Part shown: one piece after another, positions 42,897 to 48,000 of the stretch
Layout of the letters: each line of letters starts with the position of its first letter
Position numbering within the stretch: position 1 is the first letter of the stretch
Source of the DNA: Calothrix sp. PCC 7103
GTDB lineage: Bacteria > Cyanobacteriota > Cyanobacteriia > Cyanobacteriales > Nostocaceae
Direction: 5' to 3'
DNA length: 48,000 bases
Assembly (NCBI GenBank): GCA_000331305.1
Contig: KB217478.1
Coordinates: 64,544-112,543, forward strand
The notes under the pieces: generated by a model
Database searches by the model: none
What the model was told of the DNA's origin: nothing
Seen by the model: only the letters and a program-made list of their open reading frames with translations
Program-made: the position numbers and the translations under genes

Positions 42897-45617
42897 TTAA
42901 TTAACTAAAGTTTCTGTCTTGAACTTGCTCTGCTTCGCCATTAACTTAGCAAACAATCCCTCTTGGTTAGCTAATTCCTCAAACGTACCTTGCTGCACAA
43001 CTCTACCCGCTTCAATCACATAAATCCGGTCAGCATTACGAATCGTACTCAAACGGTGAGCAATGGCAATCCTTGTTACCTTCAACCGTTCCATACTCTG
43101 ACTCACCATTGCCTGTGTCTTATTATCCAGCGCGCTCGTCGCCTCATCAAACAAAATAATCCTCGGTTTCAACACCAACGCGCGTGCAATTAATAACCGT
43201 TGTCTTTGTCCCCCCGATAAATTCATCCCACCTTCAGAAATTACCGTATGCATTCCCATTGGCATATTTTCCACATCATCGGCAAACCCAGCCATTCTTG
43301 CAGCATCCCAAGCTTCCTCCATACTAATTAAGGCGCCACCACTAATATTTTCAAACACAGTTTCGCTATTAATACGCCCATTTTGCAACACCACTCCTAA
43401 CTGGCGCCGTACAGCAGAAACATCCAACCCAGCTAAATCTTGCCCATCATAGTACACCGTTCCCTGTTCTGGAATATCAAATCCCAACAGCATCCGGTAA
43501 ATAGTAGACTTACCACTACCACTTGGACCTACCAGCGCAATAAACTCTCCTGGTTTTGCCTCGATAGTCACATCATCCAAATTTAGCGGCCCATCAGTGC
43601 GGTAGCGAAACGTTACGTGGTCGAGCTTAACATACCCAGAAAGGCGCCCTGGATCAGCTTGATTTAAATTAATTTCTGGTTCTGTTTCTAAAATTGGCTT
43701 GGCATGTAACCACAACGCAGTAATATCAAGTAAATCAACCAAATTATTACTCAAACTTGTAACACCAGCAATAAACGAAGCAAACGCCGCATTAAACGCT
43801 AAAAACGTACCAGTAGATAAACCACTCCCCGCTTGCTCGGTAGCTAGTAAACTAGAAGCAATCCAAAAAGTAATAATTGGCGTAAAGCTAGATTGCAACA
43901 AATTAAACGCAGCAATCCAATCTTCAATTTGCTGGGTGCCCTGCATTAATTTAAGCTGCTTATGATAAAATCTTGCCCAGTGAGCATAAGCTCGACCCTC
44001 TGCGGCTGTAGTGCGGAGTTTAGAAATACCTCCAATTAGCTGAATTGTCATCCCAGCTATCTCACCATCTAACTCTTCTAATGGCAATGCTTTCTGACTT
44101 TTAAAATATCCAGCAACATTCGTCACCAACACAGTTAAAATCACAACAGCAACAGCAACCCACGCTAATTGCGAACTATAAACAAACAGCAAACCTAAAT
44201 TAAATAAAGCAAAGAAACTGCTGAATAACATATCCAGCCTTTCACCACCTAATTTATCCCGGATGCGGTTAATTGCAGAAACGCGCGATAATATTTCTCC
44301 AGCAGAATATTCTCGGAAAAAAGTCAGCGGCAACTTCAGCAACCTGTCCCATATCCCAGCTTGCAAGTTGAAGACAGAGTAAGATTCCAACCGTACTAAA
44401 GCTAATCCTTGTGTTAATCGAAACAAAGACGTACCAAAAGTAGCTGCCAGTAATGCCAAAGTAAGTTGCAGCAGCAAACCTCTATCAGCATCAGGAATAG
44501 CAGTATCAATCAAAACACCAGTAACTTGGGGAACAATCATCCCAATCAAAGTCCCTGGTATACCCAAAAACAACATCGTCCGTAGTTCCTTGCCTCCCCC
44601 ACGCATCGAATACCGGAATACATTTAGTAAATTCAGTTTTGCATCCGGGAAAGGAGGATAAAACATATACGCACCCGGCGCCAGCAATTTAGCAGTACGT
44701 TCATTGACTTGAGTCCGCTTTTGCGTAACAGGATTGTAAATCTCATAATACTTATTATTTACAGGCAACAACGCCACAGGAGTTTGGTCAGCTAAATATC
44801 CTAACAACGGTCCACAATCTGCCCTAAACCAGCGTTCAGAAAGCAATACACGCCTAATTCGCATTCGTGAAGCGCGCGCAATTGCTTCGAGAGGGTCTTT
44901 CACCCGCTTCATATCTTCCGACCTTGCAGGTGGACGAATGGGAATACCCATAGCTTTTCCAACGGCGCCAGCAGCTACTAACAAAGGGTCGCCAGTTGCA
45001 GCAATTGATAACTGCTGGGTTCCTAACAGCGAAACAAAATCAGTAACTGCTGTTGTCGTCAACTGCTGATTTAAACGTTCGCGCGCTTGAAACTGCACTA
45101 AATTTTGCTGTTGTGCAGACTGTTCAAGTTCATGCAAGCTCGAAATAAAGCCTTGCTGGAAATTCTTGAGAACAACACGCACTGTTTGCCAGGGCATTTG
45201 ACTCGAAATTTCAGGCGCCGGGAAAGGTATGGCTGTTAACTCAAATACCGAACTCAATCGCTCAAACCAAGTTATTATTAAATGAATACTGTTAAAAGAA
45301 CTTGTTGTTACATTTGCTTGGGTGGCGCCTTCATCTAACGAGCGTAAATTTAACTGTAATAAGCGAGTTTCTTTTGTGGCAACAGCCAAAATACAAGTGG
45401 AACCTAACCCTACTTCAATTCCAAACACTGCTTCCCCTGTCTCTACTCCAAATAAATAACGCCGCCCGCTTTGTAATACTGCATCTTGTATTTTCCCTGC
45501 ATACACAGTCATTGACCCAGACTCTATCACCCATAAACTTTCTGGATCATCTAATAGTAATACTTCATTTTCTGCGATGATTTTAAAGGAATTTTGTGTG
45601 TCAGATTTAATATTCAT
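42897..45617 (-). CDS. ABC exporter, fused cNMP-binding-like N-domain + degenerate peptidase-like domain + TMD + NBD (NHLP-bacteriocin-type permease/ATPase subunit)
   Basis: N-terminal beta-roll-like region (LLLDDPESLWVIESGSMTVYAGK...RRYLFGVETGEAVFG), six-helix TMD, Walker A GPSGSGKST, signature LSGGQRQRL, Walker B ILFDEATSALD. The NHLP-family assignment rests on architecture and the adjacent second exporter. Confidence 0.8.
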   Translation of the reverse strand: MNIKSDTQNSFKIIAENEVLLLDDPESLWVIESGSMTVYAGKIQDAVLQSGRRYLFGVETGEAVFGIEVGLGSTCILAVATKETRLLQLNLRSLDEGATQANVTTSSFNSIHLIITWFERLSSVFELTAIPFPAPEISSQMPWQTVRVVLKNFQQGFISSLHELEQSAQQQNLVQFQARERLNQQLTTTAVTDFVSLLGTQQLSIAATGDPLLVAAGAVGKAMGIPIRPPARSEDMKRVKDPLEAIARASRMRIRRVLLSERWFRADCGPLLGYLADQTPVALLPVNNKYYEIYNPVTQKRTQVNERTAKLLAPGAYMFYPPFPDAKLNLLNVFRYSMRGGGKELRTMLFLGIPGTLIGMIVPQVTGVLIDTAIPDADRGLLLQLTLALLAATFGTSLFRLTQGLALVRLESYSVFNLQAGIWDRLLKLPLTFFREYSAGEILSRVSAINRIRDKLGGERLDMLFSSFFALFNLGLLFVYSSQLAWVAVAVVILTVLVTNVAGYFKSQKALPLEELDGEIAGMTIQLIGGISKLRTTAAEGRAYAHWARFYHKQLKLMQGTQQIEDWIAAFNLLQSSFTPIITFWIASSLLATEQAGSGLSTGTFLAFNAAFASFIAGVTSLSNNLVDLLDITALWLHAKPILETEPEINLNQADPGRLSGYVKLDHVTFRYRTDGPLNLDDVTIEAKPGEFIALVGPSGSGKSTIYRMLLGFDIPEQGTVYYDGQDLAGLDVSAVRRQLGVVLQNGRINSETVFENISGGALISMEEAWDAARMAGFADDVENMPMGMHTVISEGGMNLSGGQRQRLLIARALVLKPRIILFDEATSALDNKTQAMVSQSMERLKVTRIAIAHRLSTIRNADRIYVIEAGRVVQQGTFEELANQEGLFAKLMAKQSKFKTETLVN

Positions 45618-46120
45618 GTTTATATTGGTGTATTGAACCGCAAAGGCGCAAAGGAAGAGGGGGAAAGTGTAGATGCAATTTTTTAAACTAACTACTATAA
45701 TGTCATTTTGCCCAGAAAGCTTTGTAAACTAACACCAGCAATGAAGAAATTTGATTATGGGAAGTGGCGCCTGTGTTGAGATTATTATGTATTTTCAGCT
45801 ACGTTCCTACCCGCATAGTATTTAAGTACTATGCTAATAGCAGAAGTCCTCTTAAGAGGACTAAATATACTGCAAACGGGTAAAATTTGAACTTATGTCA
45901 TGCTGAGGTACGTAAACGCAGTTTGGAAGCAAGCTTTAGACGATGAAAGTACTTATGTAATAGAAGTTGCCCAGAAAGCGATTAATGATTTGCAGCAATT
46001 TGAAAGTTTACTGGAAGCTCGTTAATAGCTAGCGATGTAACCGTTTAAGGGGCGCCTGCCGCTAACGAACTTCGCTTAGAAAATTTGTTAGGTAGTTATG
46101 GGCAATAGCTGCTACCAGAT

Positions 46121-46618
46121 TTATTCCTTACTTTTTTGGAAAGCTTGTATTTTTTCAGAAAGCGTTGTTACTGTCTCACCAGTGAATAATTGCTCTCTAA
46201 TTTTGAGATAGTCATCCTTGCCGATCTGAATTATATATTTGTCACCTTTGTCAAGCTGATATTCTTCAATCAGCTTTCCATCTTCAGCCCATTGTTTTTT
46301 ACGAATAATAATACCGTTCTTGTATAAACATTCTATTTTTAATCGCCCACTTTCATACAATTCTTTACATAAACCATTTAAAGCTCCTGATTCATAGTAA
46401 TACTCATAGTGTAAATGTCCATCGGGATACCATTCCCTTGAAATTCCTTGTAAAATACCACCCACATAAGAATTTTCTGCTAATAGCTGACCACTAGTAA
46501 AATTCTCATAAGCAATACCCGTAAAATCTTGTCCCTCGTAAGTGTAGACATGATAATCAGAATAATCAAGTTCATCTATAAGTACTCTCATAAAATAACC
46601 AACTCCAATAACGAACAA
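46121..46618 (-). CDS. MORN-repeat-variant / YwqK-family protein
   Basis: Repeated G.xxG.xxxWYxxG-type units (GILQGISREWYPDGHLHYEYYYESGALNGLCKELYESGRLKIECLYKNG). The start may be the internal ATG (MRVLIDE). Confidence 0.55.
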   Translation of the reverse strand: MFVIGVGYFMRVLIDELDYSDYHVYTYEGQDFTGIAYENFTSGQLLAENSYVGGILQGISREWYPDGHLHYEYYYESGALNGLCKELYESGRLKIECLYKNGIIIRKKQWAEDGKLIEEYQLDKGDKYIIQIGKDDYLKIREQLFTGETVTTLSEKIQAFQKSKE

Positions 46619-46654
46619 TTCTTATTGTAACGTTTTGCCTCTTCTTGATAATTT

Positions 46655-48000
46655 CTAATGTTCATCCTCTTCTTCCTCCTCACTGCGAACAAGTTCAGCG
46701 TAAAATCCACCCATTCTTACTAGTTCTTCGTGTGTGCCTCGTTGGACAACTACACCTTTATCCAGCACAATAATTTCGTCACAATCACGAATACTGCTCA
46801 GACGGTGCGCTACTATTAAGCAACTGCATCCCCGTTGCCGTAGGTTTTCGTAAATAATTTGTTCGGTCTCTCCATCTAAGGCGCTTGTTGCCTCATCTAA
46901 TATTAGAATACTGGGGTTATTTATCAACGACCGGGCAATTTCTAACCTTTGTCGTTGTCCACCACTCAAATTGACGCCACCCTCTAGCAATTCACCACTA
47001 TAACCACCTGGTAATGCCATAATTACATCTTGAATACGCGCGTCAATACACGCACGGCGAATTTGAGAATCAGAAACGGTAGAATCCCAAAGCGTTAAGT
47101 TATCACGCACTGTCCCAGAAAATAAGAAAATTTCTTGCTCGACTGTGGCTATTGAGTTGACTAATATAGAACGAGGTATTTCCTGACGGGGGATAACGTC
47201 AAATAAAATTTCACCCGACCAAGGTTCATAAAGTCCTCCGACTAATTTGGCTATGGTGGATTTTCCTGAACCACTGCCACCTACTAATGCAACTCTTTGT
47301 CCTGGTTGGATGACACAACTAAAGTTTTCTACAAGTGGTTTACTGACTTTCGCGTAGCCAAATGTGATGTTTCGCAGTTCGATATGTCCTTGAAAACGTA
47401 CATTTTGTATATTATTGCGATTATTACTGGCGCCTAATTGCGGGTCGGTTGCGTTTGCTAATACGTCATCTAACCGCATGACGTTACCACTAAGTGTTTG
47501 CAGCATGGCGCCAAATCCCATTAATTGATTGACAGGTTCTTGGAAGCTTGCCATCAAACTTTGAAATGCGACTAGCATCCCGATGGTCATTTTCCCATCC
47601 ATTACTTGCCAACCGCCTATTGCTAAAATCAACATAACTGTTAAACCAGTTAGTAGTGTAGGCAGTACAAATAATATTTCATTGATTACAGCAATATCTG
47701 TGAAAGCATTCCAACTTTTAGATATATAACCTGCCCAACGAGCAAACATATCAGATTCTAATGCTGATGCTTTGAGTGTTTCAATACTCTGGATGCCAGC
47801 AATTGCTACACCATCGGCTTTACCATAGTCTTTGTCAGACTGCATGAAATTATCTTCTCGCCAGCGCTCAACCCACTGAAGTATCAACACATTTAATACT
47901 GCAAAAGACACACCAATAGCAGTTAACACCCAGTTGTAAGCAAACATTACTAACCCGTAGAATGCAGCCATTACCAAATTAATTAATGTACTTGCCATCG
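46655..48000 (-). CDS. partial ABC exporter (C-terminal TMD + NBD; N-terminus beyond the window), likely the peptidase-containing partner of the NHLP-type pair
   Basis: Walker A GGSGSGKST, signature LSGGQRQRL, Walker B ILILDEATSALD, acidic tail EEEEEDEH. The reading frame is open to the window edge. Confidence 0.8.
   Translation of the reverse strand, partial: MASTLINLVMAAFYGLVMFAYNWVLTAIGVSFAVLNVLILQWVERWREDNFMQSDKDYGKADGVAIAGIQSIETLKASALESDMFARWAGYISKSWNAFTDIAVINEILFVLPTLLTGLTVMLILAIGGWQVMDGKMTIGMLVAFQSLMASFQEPVNQLMGFGAMLQTLSGNVMRLDDVLANATDPQLGASNNRNNIQNVRFQGHIELRNITFGYAKVSKPLVENFSCVIQPGQRVALVGGSGSGKSTIAKLVGGLYEPWSGEILFDVIPRQEIPRSILVNSIATVEQEIFLFSGTVRDNLTLWDSTVSDSQIRRACIDARIQDVIMALPGGYSGELLEGGVNLSGGQRQRLEIARSLINNPSILILDEATSALDGETEQIIYENLRQRGCSCLIVAHRLSSIRDCDEIIVLDKGVVVQRGTHEELVRMGGFYAELVRSEEEEEDEH

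Noticed and set aside
45899-46024. 41-aa plus-strand ORF (MLRYVNAVWKQALDDESTYVIEVAQKAINDLQQFESLLEAR) that looks like a C-terminal HEAT-repeat fragment
   Set aside because: It is probably a gene remnant in the gap between the exporter and the MORN gene. It is below any reliable length and has no start context.

Overview
AT-rich 48-kb window that reads like a conjugative plasmid or ICE segment from a filamentous (Nostocales-like) cyanobacterium. That origin is inferred from a Uma2 endonuclease, IS630, HLR1 boxes, a HIP-style palindrome and NHLP-type exporters. Left part (1-27.8 kb): ParM-like partition gene, Uma2 endonuclease, MobC-like protein plus relaxase, and a NarL-type response regulator. 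Two long leftward operons follow. They encode a T4SS coupling protein and a divergent mating-pair-formation set (VirB2/B3-B4/B6/B8/B9/B10-like by architecture only), plus an AAA+ ATPase and a membrane-anchored nuclease-fold protein. An IS630 element cleanly splits an in-frame virB3-virB4 fusion ORF. Middle part (27.8-43 kb): sbnA and a frameshifted sbnB (L-2,3-diaminopropionate cassette), a 2160-aa bimodular NRPS (A-T-C-A-T-C, duplicated modules, terminal C domain, no TE), two 205-aa orphan paralogues and two tandem HLR1 promoter-like modules. Right part: two NHLP-type ABC exporters flanking a MORN-variant gene. Most unusual signals: (1) GGCGCC occurs 74 times by manual count where about 3 are expected, behaving as an alternate highly iterated palindrome, and it is almost absent from the 15-kb NRPS island. 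(2) A 48-bp GGCGCC-bounded palindromic element sits in-frame in both the MobC-like gene and the relaxase gene, in opposite orientations. (3) Three GGGRGAGT-octamer inverted-repeat elements have captured ORF termini. No rRNA, tRNA or CRISPR array was recognised.
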